Of a DNA stretch of 64,000 nucleotides, positions 15,015 through 24,898 are shown one piece after another. This DNA comes from Escherichia phage chee24. A program made the translations under genes and the position numbers. The notes under the pieces were generated by a model. The model searched no databases, was not told the DNA's origin, and was given only the letters and a program-made list of their open reading frames with translations. Every line of letters starts with the position of its first letter. The first letter of the stretch is position 1. The stretch lies in the sequence record NC_047885.1; one strand, given 5' to 3'.

Positions 15015-15491
15015 TCACATCTCGGCCATTTCAGCTTCAGTAATAACTGTGTTACACAGTGCATCTACAGCTTCATTACCACTAATACCAGAATGTCCTT
15101 TAACCTTAATAAAGGTAGGATTAGTATTATGAAAGTTGATATACTTCTGTGTTAATTTAAATGCTTCCTGCCAAAGTTCTAGATTAAGAGGAACTTCACC
15201 ATCTGCTTTCTTCCAGCCTTTCCTTTGCCAAGAAAACATCCAACTTTCCATACCATTTTTGCAATAAGCAGAGTCAGTATAGATAATAATTGGTCTATTA
15301 TCTTTTTTAACGGACCAACGTAGAGCTTCTACAATAGCTGTGAGTTCCATCTCATTATTTGTAGTTTTAGGACTATAACCAGATTTAGAGCCTAAACGAT
15401 CATCGTTATCATCATAGACAATAAAGCCCCAAGCACCCGGGCCAGGGTTGGACTTACAAGCACCATCTGTGTAAATGTGGAAAACCGACAT
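15015..15491 (-). CDS. rnh: ribonuclease H (RNase HI-like)
   Basis: TDGACKSNPGPGAWG motif; start moved to the ATG at 15491 behind GGAGG (TAATG overlap with the upstream stop). Confidence 0.8.
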   Translation of the reverse strand: MSVFHIYTDGACKSNPGPGAWGFIVYDDNDDRLGSKSGYSPKTTNNEMELTAIVEALRWSVKKDNRPIIIYTDSAYCKNGMESWMFSWQRKGWKKADGEVPLNLELWQEAFKLTQKYINFHNTNPTFIKVKGHSGISGNEAVDALCNTVITEAEMAEM

Positions 15492-15772
15492 TATACCTCC
15501 CAACTAATTTTAAGACCCATGTCTACAAAGGCGGCTTCTCGGTAGTATTGTGAGAGATGATACCCCTTATCCGATAAGGTTTTTAGTACCGATTTAGCGG
15601 CTCCTGGCATTTCTCTAGGATTATATAGCCACCTAGCGTAAGGATTATCTCGAATAATTACTTCTGTATTTCCAGACTTAGCAGCTTCTACAATCTTTTC
15701 TTCTATAAACTTTAGAAATGCGGGTACTTCTGTTAATCCTGCAAGTTCTTGGGCTTCTTTGGCTGAAATCAT
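15491..15772 (-). CDS. hypothetical protein (93 aa)
   Basis: ORF coupled to the RNase H gene. Confidence 0.5.
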   Translation of the reverse strand: MISAKEAQELAGLTEVPAFLKFIEEKIVEAAKSGNTEVIIRDNPYARWLYNPREMPGAAKSVLKTLSDKGYHLSQYYREAAFVDMGLKISWEV

Positions 15773-15797
15773 TGTATACCTCCAATTTATAAAATAT

Positions 15798-15826
15798 ATT
15801 ATATTTAAATTTCACTAAATAAGCAA
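15798..15826 (-). promoter_or_regulatory. sigma70-like early promoter (minus sense TTGCTT-17-TATAAT)
   Basis: Plus-strand ATTATA 15798-15803 and AAGCAA 15821-15826. Confidence 0.5.
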
Positions 15827-15842
15827 ATGAAATTTAAATATA

Positions 15843-15860
15843 ATAGCCCCGAAGGGCTAT
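15843..15860 (-). terminator. terminator-like GC hairpin after the thymidylate synthase gene
   Basis: Hairpin TAGCCC-CGAA-GGGCTA just downstream of the stop. Confidence 0.4.
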
Positions 15861-15865
15861 TTAAG

Positions 15866-16705
15866 TTAAGAGGACATTTTAGCTTTAAGAGCTGGATGAG
15901 GATCGTACCCCTCTAAATGGAATGACCATGCTGCCGTATTATTTTCTAGTAAGTCGTAAAGATCTACAAACTCTGGCATTACTAGAGTTGGCAGAGGGCG
16001 TGGCTTGCGTTTTACCTGTTCTTCTACCTGTTCCATGTGGTCATTATAGATATGAGTATCACCGCCACTAAAGATAAGATAACGAGGTTTTAATCCTGTC
16101 AGTTTTGCTAATATATGCGTTAATAAAGCATAACTAGCAATATTGAAAGGTAAACCGAGGAAACAATCCACAGAGCGTTGTGTCCATTTAAGATCTAGGT
16201 ATCCATCGTTACTTACATAGCACTGGAAGCCATAGTGACACGGTGGTAGTGCCATTTTATCAAGTTCAGCTACGTTCCACGCAGAAACTAGGTGTCTACG
16301 ACCATGTGGATTATTCTTGAGTCCCTCAATGAGTTCTAAAATCTGATCTCGTCCGCCAAAGTTGCGCCATTGTTTACCATATACTGGTCCTAGATTACCA
16401 TTGTCATAACCCATGCTTATAGCTTGGTCTTCATAATTTGGGGTCCAGATAGTCCACTGTCCTTCGTCACGCCCAAATGTGAATATACGCAGATCATGGA
16501 GATTTGTAGACCCAGATAGGAACCATAAGAGTTCTCCAACTACCGATTTCCAAGCTAGACGTTTAGTGGTTACGGCAGGGAATCCCTCACGTAGATCGAA
16601 CTTAGCATAGGAATCAAAAATTGAAACTGTGCCTGTTCCTGTACGGTCATTACGGGGTTCACCTAGTAAAATTACATCTGTCAAAATTTTTAAGTATTGT
16701 TGCAT
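15866..16705 (-). CDS. thyA: thymidylate synthase
   Basis: N-terminal NDRTGTGT and active-site PPCH motifs. Confidence 0.9.
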   Translation of the reverse strand: MQQYLKILTDVILLGEPRNDRTGTGTVSIFDSYAKFDLREGFPAVTTKRLAWKSVVGELLWFLSGSTNLHDLRIFTFGRDEGQWTIWTPNYEDQAISMGYDNGNLGPVYGKQWRNFGGRDQILELIEGLKNNPHGRRHLVSAWNVAELDKMALPPCHYGFQCYVSNDGYLDLKWTQRSVDCFLGLPFNIASYALLTHILAKLTGLKPRYLIFSGGDTHIYNDHMEQVEEQVKRKPRPLPTLVMPEFVDLYDLLENNTAAWSFHLEGYDPHPALKAKMSS

Positions 16706-17238
16706 TAATAAGTAACCAATTCCTGTACAAATCGCAGGCTGTTATCACTGTTTGCGCCAACTGCATAGACTAATCGAGTGGATTCATAGTTATAATCCAG
16801 TATCATACTATCTAGGTATGTATCTGCCTCTAGCTTCTGTTCGCTAAAGATTGTAGATACAAAAGCACTTTCAATATGCCCATGTTGGTACATTTCTAGA
16901 AGAAGATTAGCTCCACCTAGAACTACTGTTTGCTGATCTTTTAGAAAAGTAGGTAATGTATCACCTATCATTGATATGGGAGTGTAAATATCGTGTGTAA
17001 TATCATCTGGCAGTGGACGATCAGCACGAATAAATAGGTCAGAAGCTCCAATCATACGTTCCCTAACGGCGTATGGAAGAGCTAAATAAGTACCTGCCCC
17101 AATAATAATATTATCAGGATTTAGTACATCTAATTGTGAATAAAAAGCATCTAGTTCTTCTTTAAAAGAACCCCAGGGAAGCTTACCTCGGAGGCCGAAC
17201 TCCCCATTCGGCCCAACTGCATACATTGCTGTAATCAT
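16705..17238 (-). CDS. frd: dihydrofolate reductase
   Basis: DHFR-like N-terminus (IGAGTYLALP); coupled between thyA and nrdB. Confidence 0.75.
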   Translation of the reverse strand: MITAMYAVGPNGEFGLRGKLPWGSFKEELDAFYSQLDVLNPDNIIIGAGTYLALPYAVRERMIGASDLFIRADRPLPDDITHDIYTPISMIGDTLPTFLKDQQTVVLGGANLLLEMYQHGHIESAFVSTIFSEQKLEADTYLDSMILDYNYESTRLVYAVGANSDNSLRFVQELVTY

Positions 17239-18380
17239 AGGAAATCTCCAAATTCATTGCCCAGATCTTTCAGAGTATCAGTAGAGGTCTCAGTTACCTG
17301 ACCTACACGGTAAGCTGCACCAATCTGGATTTCTTGTGGAGCAGGCTGTAGAGAAGTAGTATCCAACCAGTTCATGATCCACGGAATAGGGTTTTTGGTG
17401 ATTACTGGTAAGTGACTAGGCCATTCTACACCAATGTGCATAAATGCGTTACGTCCCACAAAGTACAAGTATTCTTCTAGAAGTTCTGCATTCAAACCAA
17501 TCAGACTACGACCTTTGAAGATGAAATGACCCCATTCAATTTCAGTTTTCAGAGTTTTCAGGAGCTGTGCTGGTGCTTTAGCCACTGCTTCATCTACCAG
17601 ATCTTTGTCAAACTGCTGGAACATAATCTGGATGATTGTTTTAGACATCTGAGTATGTAGGGCTTCATCTTTAGCAATCAATTGCAGATTTTTAGCAATA
17701 CCTTGCAGAATATCGTTCTCTGCTAACGCAAAGGTACATGCAAAGGATGCGTAGAACTGCATTGCTTCCAGACCGTAGATTGCAAAATAAGCATCTAACA
17801 GTTTAGCCTGAGTTTCACGCTTAACTTCAGGGAACTCAGTTTCTGGATATGTATTGTCACCACGATGATCACGTACTGCAATGAAATACTGACCTAACTG
17901 GTACAGTTCATCAAACAGTTCAACAGAATCTGCGATACGTGCAAATGCTTCTTGGTTTTTAGTTACAGAATCAATAAATTCTGCCGGATCAGTCAGCACA
18001 TTACGGATAATGTTGCTATACGCACGGCTATGCAGGTCTTCGAAGTAGCTCCACTGTTTTAGCATTCCTTCCAGTTCAGGGCGGCTTACAAGCGGCATAA
18101 TAGCTGCTTCAGGCGCTCGACTGATAAAGGAATCAGTTTGAGTCTGCCATGCTAAGTTCAGGAGTGTAATTTCCTGAATTTCACGTGGGAGGTTAGGCCA
18201 TTGTTTCTTATCTGCTTCCAGACTGATTTCAGTTTCAGTCCAAAATTGAGAGCGTTGCAGAAGTGCCAGACGCTCTAATTCTGGATGTGCTACACGTACA
18301 TAATCTGCGATACCTAGAGAATCGCCCAGGAAAAGATCAGCGTTAGTATGATCCCAATTCAGGTTTAGTAAAGTAGTCAT
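17235..18380 (-). CDS. nrdB: ribonucleotide reductase class Ia small subunit
   Basis: NrdB-like length and composition; ATGA overlap with the DHFR gene. Confidence 0.8.
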   Translation of the reverse strand: MTTLLNLNWDHTNADLFLGDSLGIADYVRVAHPELERLALLQRSQFWTETEISLEADKKQWPNLPREIQEITLLNLAWQTQTDSFISRAPEAAIMPLVSRPELEGMLKQWSYFEDLHSRAYSNIIRNVLTDPAEFIDSVTKNQEAFARIADSVELFDELYQLGQYFIAVRDHRGDNTYPETEFPEVKRETQAKLLDAYFAIYGLEAMQFYASFACTFALAENDILQGIAKNLQLIAKDEALHTQMSKTIIQIMFQQFDKDLVDEAVAKAPAQLLKTLKTEIEWGHFIFKGRSLIGLNAELLEEYLYFVGRNAFMHIGVEWPSHLPVITKNPIPWIMNWLDTTSLQPAPQEIQIGAAYRVGQVTETSTDTLKDLGNEFGDFL

Positions 18381-18411
18381 TGATTTTCCTCTTTCTCACT
18401 ATTTCAGGAAT

Positions 18412-18440
18412 ATTATAGCAAATCAGGTAGCGATTAGCAA
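18412..18440 (-). promoter_or_regulatory. sigma70-like promoter (minus sense TTGCTA-17-TATAAT) between nrdA and nrdB
   Basis: Plus-strand ATTATA 18412-18417 and TAGCAA 18435-18440. Confidence 0.5.
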
Positions 18441-18450
18441 GTAAAATTTC

Positions 18451-18478
18451 AAAGAAAAAGGAGACCCGAAGATCTCCT
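18451..18478 (-). terminator. terminator-like hairpin directly after nrdA
   Basis: Hairpin AGGAGA-CCCGAAGA-TCTCCT with T-rich runs on both sides. Confidence 0.5.
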
Positions 18479-18487
18479 TGTTTTTTA

Positions 18488-20818
18488 TTATAACTGGCAA
18501 CCACCAGAAGCACAACCCGCTGCTTCTTCACCAGCTCCTCCACCATTCGCAGTGTTAAAGTTAGCATAATACCAAGTTTTTATACCGTACTTAACAGCAG
18601 TCATGAAATCACGAACTACTACTGGGCCAGGGATGATTTCATTCTCGAATTTAGAGTAATCATAATACATCTGGAAACTTGATGACTGATTCAAGAATTT
18701 TTGGTAAACGGCGTTCCACTTGATCCACTCAGTGCGATCAATATCATAGGCCAGTTTATAGCTCATGAGAGTATCCCAATCGGTTGCACCTGGAGCAATT
18801 GCAATTACTTTATTCACTGCACTACCCTTGATAGATACAATCTTACGAGGTGGCTCAATTGAGTTGGTAACACCCAATAGTACAGAAGAGCTTTCTCCCG
18901 GCATCTGCGCAGTCAGAACAGAGTTACGCATACCGTATTTCAGAATATCTGCACGCAGAGATTCCCAGTCCATTTCTAGACCTACGGATACCAGTTCATC
19001 AACAGTTTTCTTGTACGTGTCGATTACCAGAGTTCCTTTAGATGGTTTAGTACGATCGAACCATTCACATGCACCTTGCTCTTTGGCTAGACGTACAGAG
19101 GCTTTATGCAGGAAGTAAGACAGTTTTTCAGCCTCACGATGAATCCAGTTACGTGCTTCAACACCTTCGTAGGCCAAACCTTCCGCCGCCATTGCACCTG
19201 CTGCGTTCATCAGACCAATACCAACATTACGACGTTTCTTAGCCGTATATTCCATAGTTGGGAACGGATAATCCTGAATTTCAATGATGGTATCAACGAA
19301 TTTCAGAAGAATATAGCAAGTCTTTTCCCACTCAGCCAGAGATTCCATGCGTCCTAGTACAACACCACCTAAGTTACACAGAGATACTTCCCCAATATCC
19401 TCCGGCTTCATTTGATCAAGTTGTTCTTTTGTTTTATACAGCTCTGTAATGTGGTGGAATGGGCGTGTAGGCTGAGTAATTTCAACACAAAGGTTTGTCA
19501 TACGGATTGGATCAAGGAAGTTACCGTGACGATTAGATTCCCCGATGTGGTGCGCATACATACGTCCTGTTTCCATTCGGATACGTAGCCAGGTATCTAG
19601 GATTTCTTTTGCAGAGACTTTAGGAGCTGCTGGAACTGTTTTTCCTTCGTGGTCGATCTTTGTAAGAGATGCCACACGTTTCTCCGCTGCCACATAAATT
19701 TCTTCAAATTTAGCCTCGTCATCACTATAAAACGCTTCATGAACTTCTGGAGCATAGAAGTATGACATTAGCGTAATATCTTCATTTTTCAGATAACGTT
19801 TTAACAAAAGATTGTTGAAGCTCAGAGAATAATCCATCTTATCGATTTTATTCTCGTCTGTAGCACGTTGTTGCTTAACCTGCATCAACTGGATGATTTC
19901 AGGGTCAAAGTAAGGATAGGATACAGTAGCAGAACCACCACGAGTTTGCTGAGTATTAGCCTTTACTGATCGGTCAATGTGTCGATAATATGGCAGTTTT
20001 CCGGAATGCGGGAATGCCCCATTTCGCACCGGATCAGCAATTGATCGGCTTTCAAGATGATACCCGATTCCCGCTCTGGCTGCGACCATTTTAAAAACGA
20101 TGTGCTCGGCTGTGTCGATTGAATCCAATGTGTCAGTGGAATCAACGAGGCAACAACTAGCAAATCCACGATCACTAGAGCGCAAGCCAACCAATGGCGG
20201 CGTAGGAACGTTGATCTTGTGGAGCGACATTGCATTGTAGAGATCGATTGCATCTAGAATTGTCCAGTTAGGTTGAGATAACATCGCCATTGCCATACCC
20301 ATATAGGCGAATTGCGGAGTTTCGTAAATTTCTCCAGTTGCTATATTACGGCGAGAATACTTATCAAAGAATTGTTTCAGTCCTCCACTAGTGAAAAGAC
20401 GGTCACGATCATGGTCAATAACCTGATTCAAAGCCTCAAACTGCTCATCGGTAATCCATGCACTCATGTCTTCCCATGCACCTACACTAACCATATGATC
20501 ATGGAAGAAGCGTAGAGAAGGTGGTTCAAAGGAATCATAAAGGCGTTTACGCATCTGCGCAAGACGTAATTCCTTTGCTGGCACGTCGTATGCTGGATTA
20601 TCTTTGATAAGACTTTCAGCAGCCTTAATTAAAGCATCCATCAGAGTGTCGGAATCTACAACCCCTTTGGGCAGAGTTTTTTGAGCAGCCATAGTAATGG
20701 CTGACCAACTTACATCAACTGTTTTGCAACCATACTCCGCCCAACCATTGAGTTTTTCAGGAGCAAAGTCTTCTACAGTACCGTCACGTTTAATTACTTT
20801 TTCAATGCGATGGCTCAT
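18488..20818 (-). CDS. nrdA: ribonucleotide reductase class Ia large subunit
   Basis: ATP-cone N-terminus (MSHRIEKVIKRDGTVEDF), active-site region, C-terminal Cys pair; start placed at the internal ATG behind AAGGAAA rather than the track start at 20923. Confidence 0.9.
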   Translation of the reverse strand: MSHRIEKVIKRDGTVEDFAPEKLNGWAEYGCKTVDVSWSAITMAAQKTLPKGVVDSDTLMDALIKAAESLIKDNPAYDVPAKELRLAQMRKRLYDSFEPPSLRFFHDHMVSVGAWEDMSAWITDEQFEALNQVIDHDRDRLFTSGGLKQFFDKYSRRNIATGEIYETPQFAYMGMAMAMLSQPNWTILDAIDLYNAMSLHKINVPTPPLVGLRSSDRGFASCCLVDSTDTLDSIDTAEHIVFKMVAARAGIGYHLESRSIADPVRNGAFPHSGKLPYYRHIDRSVKANTQQTRGGSATVSYPYFDPEIIQLMQVKQQRATDENKIDKMDYSLSFNNLLLKRYLKNEDITLMSYFYAPEVHEAFYSDDEAKFEEIYVAAEKRVASLTKIDHEGKTVPAAPKVSAKEILDTWLRIRMETGRMYAHHIGESNRHGNFLDPIRMTNLCVEITQPTRPFHHITELYKTKEQLDQMKPEDIGEVSLCNLGGVVLGRMESLAEWEKTCYILLKFVDTIIEIQDYPFPTMEYTAKKRRNVGIGLMNAAGAMAAEGLAYEGVEARNWIHREAEKLSYFLHKASVRLAKEQGACEWFDRTKPSKGTLVIDTYKKTVDELVSVGLEMDWESLRADILKYGMRNSVLTAQMPGESSSVLLGVTNSIEPPRKIVSIKGSAVNKVIAIAPGATDWDTLMSYKLAYDIDRTEWIKWNAVYQKFLNQSSSFQMYYDYSKFENEIIPGPVVVRDFMTAVKYGIKTWYYANFNTANGGGAGEEAAGCASGGCQL

Positions 20819-20962
20819 TTGGCTTTCCTTTTTATGGTTATCAGGATTTAAGGAATATTCTACTTTATTATTGGTCATTAGGCAAATAAAATTTTCTGAT
20901 AGAAAAGGCCCGAGTATTTTCATACCCAGGCCTTCTGTGTTGTCAGTCTAGTTTTTGGCCAC

Positions 20963-21160
20963 TTAAGTTCTCAGCAGAATATCTATTGAGGTACTTAGTT
21001 CATTATAATTGAAGGGCCGATTTGGATTTGAGGTTACAATTTTCCACGCTAGGGTAGTCTTAGGACTTTCTTCCCCTTCCTTACGTGTAATCATATTAGC
21101 AGCACTCAGTGAAGTACGATGTATTTTAGTTTTACGGTGTAGATGTACAACGTCTCCCAT
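20963..21160 (-). CDS. small hypothetical protein (65 aa)
   Basis: Track ORF 20963-21229 trimmed to the ATG just after the phoH stop, behind GGGGAAGG. Confidence 0.35.
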   Translation of the reverse strand: MGDVVHLHRKTKIHRTSLSAANMITRKEGEESPKTTLAWKIVTSNPNRPFNYNELSTSIDILLRT

Positions 21161-21161
21161 A

Positions 21162-21914
21162 TTACACCTTCCCCATGTCTTTAAAAATATCGTAGAATGC
21201 TTTAGACTCAACAGAACGAACGTTATCAATCAATTCGATCATTGAGAATGGAGCATTTTCATATTTCTCATAAACTTCCATAAGAAGTGCTAGACCTGAG
21301 TCACCTTTAATGTCTTTCTGAGCTATATCCCCGCAGATAATTAAACGGCAGTCTTGTCCTACACGAGTTAGGAGACAAATCATTGCCTCAACGGAAATAT
21401 TCTGAGCTTCATCGACAATTACATAGGAGTTGTTGAAAGTTCTGCCACGAGCATGTTCTATAGCCAAAAATTTAATTTTCTGACGTTCGACATACCCCTT
21501 ATAGGCATGATCACCGATGGCCCATTTCATACCATCAGCTATTGGCTCTAACCAAGGCTCTAGCTTTTCTGCTAGATCACCAGGAAGCATACCAAGAGAC
21601 TTACCTAGAGGTTCATTAGGACGTACGAGGATCACTTGCTCAATATCTGAGTGAATGTCTACGAGTTCCTGAGCTGCAAGAACAGACGGGATAAAGGTTT
21701 TACCAGTACCTGGCTCACCAATACCCACAGTCACTGTGTTGTTCTTGATCATATTGATATATGATTTTTGCTCTCGGTTTTTACCTACTAGGGATTTAGC
21801 AACTGGGTTAGCGTAATCATTAGAAAAATCAGCCTGAATTACGTTATTCTCATATTTGTTGCCACGCTTTCTTGAACCATTGCGGTTCTCTCTTTTTTGA
21901 CGTGCTTTTCCCAT
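21162..21914 (-). CDS. phoH: PhoH-like ATPase
   Basis: Walker A GEPGTGKT; start moved to the ATG at 21914 behind GGAG. Confidence 0.85.
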   Translation of the reverse strand: MGKARQKRENRNGSRKRGNKYENNVIQADFSNDYANPVAKSLVGKNREQKSYINMIKNNTVTVGIGEPGTGKTFIPSVLAAQELVDIHSDIEQVILVRPNEPLGKSLGMLPGDLAEKLEPWLEPIADGMKWAIGDHAYKGYVERQKIKFLAIEHARGRTFNNSYVIVDEAQNISVEAMICLLTRVGQDCRLIICGDIAQKDIKGDSGLALLMEVYEKYENAPFSMIELIDNVRSVESKAFYDIFKDMGKV

Positions 21915-21987
21915 AAATAACACTCCTATAGTGTACTTCGCTAACAGAGGATCAACAAAAAGATCTTGTTTATCAACTTACAAATAT

Positions 21988-22016
21988 ATTATACCAGTAT
22001 ATGCAGTAAAAAGCAA
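21988..22016 (-). promoter_or_regulatory. sigma70-like promoter (minus sense TTGCTT-17-TATAAT) for phoH
   Basis: Plus-strand ATTATA 21988-21993 and AAGCAA 22011-22016. Confidence 0.55.
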
Positions 22017-22128
22017 CTACAATTTTAAATAAGCCTATGATATTGCATTTAAATAAAAAATTTGCTTGCTTTTAACGGGAAATGTATGGTATTAGATAAT
22101 CATTTTATACCGCGTACATAGGCGCGTG

Positions 22129-22157
22129 ATTATACTATTTTAAGTACAAAATAGCAA
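22129..22157 (-). promoter_or_regulatory. second upstream sigma70-like promoter (minus sense TTGCTA-17-TATAAT)
   Basis: Plus-strand ATTATA 22129-22134 and TAGCAA 22152-22157. Confidence 0.5.
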
Positions 22158-22226
22158 ATAAATTTTTTAACAATTTGCTAACCTTTTAGCACAGATCAAA
22201 ATACAATATCTAAGAGAAAAATTATA

Positions 22227-22255
22227 TTGACATTTGCCCTTGAATAAGCTATAAT
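22227..22255 (+). promoter_or_regulatory. sigma70 consensus promoter (TTGACA-17-TATAAT) for nrdD
   Basis: Exact consensus hexamers with 17-bp spacer; AGAAGGAGAG RBS follows. Confidence 0.7.
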
Positions 22256-22284
22256 AGTAGTCTTAGTTAGAGAAGGAGAGTATA

Positions 22285-24159
22285 ATGAATCGTAATGAAG
22301 AACTAAAGTATAAAGAAATGCAGGCGTTAATTAGAAACTGCAAAGAGATTATCGAAGGATCAGCAGATGAAGAGCTGCTGTTTAATAATGCCAATAAACC
22401 CTCAGAACGTTTCCCTACACAAAGGGATATGCTTGCAGGTGAATTGAGTAAGTATCTGATTCTAGAAGAAATGCCAATTCAGATTCGAAATGCTCATATG
22501 ATTGGGGATATTCATTTCCATGATGCTGATTATGCCGCGTTAGGCATGACTAACTGTTGTCTGGTAGCTCTGGAAGATATGTTGAAGAATGGTATGAAGG
22601 TTGGTAATGCTGAAATTAGCACTCCAAACTCTATCACTACTGCTGCTGCTATTACAGCTCAGATTATCACACAGGTTAGCTCCCATCAGTATGGTGGTAC
22701 TTCTGTAGACCGATTAGATGAAGTATTAGCCCCTTATGTTCGTAAGTCCTATGATAAAAATCATGCGTTTGCAAAACGTTGGACTAAGGATGAAGCCAAA
22801 GCATCCGTAATGGCTACGGAGATGACTGAAAAAGAAGTCTATGACGCTTGTCAGGGTTTAGAATATGAAATCAATACCATGTTCAACTCTAATGGTCAGA
22901 GTCCATTTATTACCTTTGGTTTTGGTCTAGGAACTTCTTGGGAAGCACGTCTAGTACAGAGGGCAATACTGAAAGTACGCATGGATGGTTTAGGTATCAA
23001 TAAACGTACAGCTATCTTTCCTAAACTGGTATTTGTACTTCGTGATGGCGTAAATATGAAACCAGGAGATGTTAATTATGACATCAAGAAGTTAGCTATG
23101 AAATGTACTGCTGAACGTATGTATCCAGATTATATCAGCTATGACAAAGTTGTAGAAGTTACTGGAGACTACAAAGTTTCTATGGGCTGCCGTTCATTCC
23201 TAGCTGCTGCAGAAGATGGTGAAACTGCTGGCCGTAATAACTTAGGTGTTGTTTCTGTAAACTTGCCTAGAATTGCTATCGAAGCTGAAGGAAATATTGA
23301 TCTATTCTTTGATTTGCTTGAGCTACGTGTGGATACAGCGTTAAAAGCATTGGAGTGGAGAGTTGATCGCTTAAAATACATCCAAGCTAAAGCTGCACCC
23401 ATCCTCTATATGTCAGGAGCCTTTGGGTTACGCTTGGAGCCTGATGAATATGTATTTGATCATTTTTATAACCGTGCTTCTGTATCTCTGGGGTATATTG
23501 GTTGCCATGAAATGCTACAGTTCATGTTTGGCAAAGATGTAGACACAATGTCCGAGACCTGCATCAAGTTTGTTCAGCGTGTATTGCAGTACATGCGGGA
23601 TAGAGTCGATCAGAAGAAGGAAGAAACTAAGTTAGGTTATAGCCTGTATGCTACACCATCAGAATCCCTATGTGACCGTTTTTGTCGTCTAGACCGTGAA
23701 TATTTCCCGGAGCATGAAGATATTCTGTCCAAAGGATACTACACTAACTCTCACCACCTTGATGTGGAACGTAAAGTTGCTCCTAACGTGAAATTTGATT
23801 ATGAATCTAATTTTACTCCAATTGCATCTGGTGGGTGTATTTCCTACGTGGAATTACCAGACATGAAACGATTCCCGGATGCACTGGAATGGGTTATTAA
23901 CTATGCTGCTAGTAAGGTTCATTACTTTGGTATTAATACTCCAGTGGATTCTTGTGGTAAATGTGGATTCTTGGGTGAGACAGTAGCATCCGAAGATGGA
24001 TTTAAGTGCCCTATCTGTGGTAATCATGACCCTGAAACTCTTGAAGTAACTCGTCGAGTTTGTGGGTATCTTGGAAATCCAGGCGCTCGTCCGTTTAACC
24101 CAGGCAAACAACATGAGGTTATGGGCAGGGTGAAACATCAGGATATTCGAGCTAAATAA
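22285..24159 (+). CDS. nrdD: anaerobic ribonucleoside-triphosphate reductase (class III)
   Basis: C-terminal zinc ribbon (CGKCG..CPICG) and glycyl-radical motif RVCGYLG. Confidence 0.9.
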   Translation: MNRNEELKYKEMQALIRNCKEIIEGSADEELLFNNANKPSERFPTQRDMLAGELSKYLILEEMPIQIRNAHMIGDIHFHDADYAALGMTNCCLVALEDMLKNGMKVGNAEISTPNSITTAAAITAQIITQVSSHQYGGTSVDRLDEVLAPYVRKSYDKNHAFAKRWTKDEAKASVMATEMTEKEVYDACQGLEYEINTMFNSNGQSPFITFGFGLGTSWEARLVQRAILKVRMDGLGINKRTAIFPKLVFVLRDGVNMKPGDVNYDIKKLAMKCTAERMYPDYISYDKVVEVTGDYKVSMGCRSFLAAAEDGETAGRNNLGVVSVNLPRIAIEAEGNIDLFFDLLELRVDTALKALEWRVDRLKYIQAKAAPILYMSGAFGLRLEPDEYVFDHFYNRASVSLGYIGCHEMLQFMFGKDVDTMSETCIKFVQRVLQYMRDRVDQKKEETKLGYSLYATPSESLCDRFCRLDREYFPEHEDILSKGYYTNSHHLDVERKVAPNVKFDYESNFTPIASGGCISYVELPDMKRFPDALEWVINYAASKVHYFGINTPVDSCGKCGFLGETVASEDGFKCPICGNHDPETLEVTRRVCGYLGNPGARPFNPGKQHEVMGRVKHQDIRAK

Positions 24160-24166
24160 GCTAATC

Positions 24167-24200
24167 AGCCGGGTTGCTAGTCGACCTGGCTTTTATTTTA
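24167..24200 (+). terminator. rho-independent terminator after nrdD
   Basis: Stem AGCCGGGT/ACCTGGCT followed by TTTTATTTTATTT. Confidence 0.65.
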
Positions 24201-24201
24201 T

Positions 24202-24230
24202 TTGCTTTCAGCTAAAAATATATGTATAAT
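24202..24230 (+). promoter_or_regulatory. sigma70-like early promoter (TTGCTT-17-TATAAT) with conserved leader
   Basis: -35 24202-24207, -10 24225-24230, leader AGATTTATAAATTTGAGAGGAGGG. Confidence 0.65.
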
Positions 24231-24257
24231 AGATTTATAAATTTGAGAGGAGGGTAT

Positions 24258-24617
24258 ATGGAACTAAAACCATTTATTGTTGTATCTAAGTTAGGACATT
24301 ATCACTTAGGAGTAGATACTATTCAGGAAGCTATTTTTGCTGCTACAGGTGATTACTCATTACTAGAAGGTATTGGATATCCTACATTACTAGGTGACTT
24401 TGTAGAGCAAGAATTAGATATTACTGTCTATAATCCTATATATGAAGAACCTGAAGACTTAAAAGAGACTCTAGAATTTGTATATTGGAACCACTTACAA
24501 GTATTTAATGTTACCACCAATGGCACAGAGGATTTCTCTTCTGCTATTAAATATCATATTAAGCAAGTTTACTACGATTACTTCTATGAGGATATTGGAG
24601 CGGAGCTAAAAGTATGA
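24258..24617 (+). CDS. hypothetical protein (119 aa)
   Basis: Track ORF 24222 starts inside the promoter -10; moved to the ATG behind GAGAGGAGGG. No Cys cluster, so not an NrdG activase. Confidence 0.5.
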   Translation: MELKPFIVVSKLGHYHLGVDTIQEAIFAATGDYSLLEGIGYPTLLGDFVEQELDITVYNPIYEEPEDLKETLEFVYWNHLQVFNVTTNGTEDFSSAIKYHIKQVYYDYFYEDIGAELKV

Positions 24618-24844
24618 AAAACGTAAAACATCTTAAATATCGCTTAATCTATAACGGACGTATGGAAACTGAAGAGCTAGCTCAATTAGCTATTAACTCT
24701 AATGAGGTTATGGTGCGTGCGCTGGCAATTGAAAAGTTGCGGGCTTCTTATGAAAGCCGTATTATGCGGCTGGAGGAAACCCTTTATGGACTTCTTGAAT
24801 CAGAAGCTAAAAGCAACCCAGAGGACAGGCCTACTAAGCAATAG
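24614..24844 (+). CDS. hypothetical protein (76 aa)
   Basis: ATGA coupling with the upstream gene. Confidence 0.5.
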   Translation: MKNVKHLKYRLIYNGRMETEELAQLAINSNEVMVRALAIEKLRASYESRIMRLEETLYGLLESEAKSNPEDRPTKQ

Positions 24845-24898
24845 AAGGTATGCATATAGGGAATAATTTTACTCCCAAAACATTATCGAAGGATTTAA

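Noticed and set aside
18343-18567. 74-aa ORF spanning the nrdA-nrdB intergenic region
   Set aside because: Overlaps both flanking genes and runs across a terminator hairpin and promoter; intergenic signals explain the sequence better.
20819-20923. Extended N-terminus of nrdA from the track start
   Set aside because: The upstream 35 codons lack an RBS and the ATP-cone motif begins right after the internal ATG at 20818, which has an AAGGAAA RBS.
22170-22205. Plus-strand TTGCTA motif as a third promoter for nrdD
   Set aside because: Spacing to the nearest -10-like hexamer (TACAAT) is about 21 bp, outside the 16-18 bp range; the downstream TTGACA-17-TATAAT is the convincing promoter.
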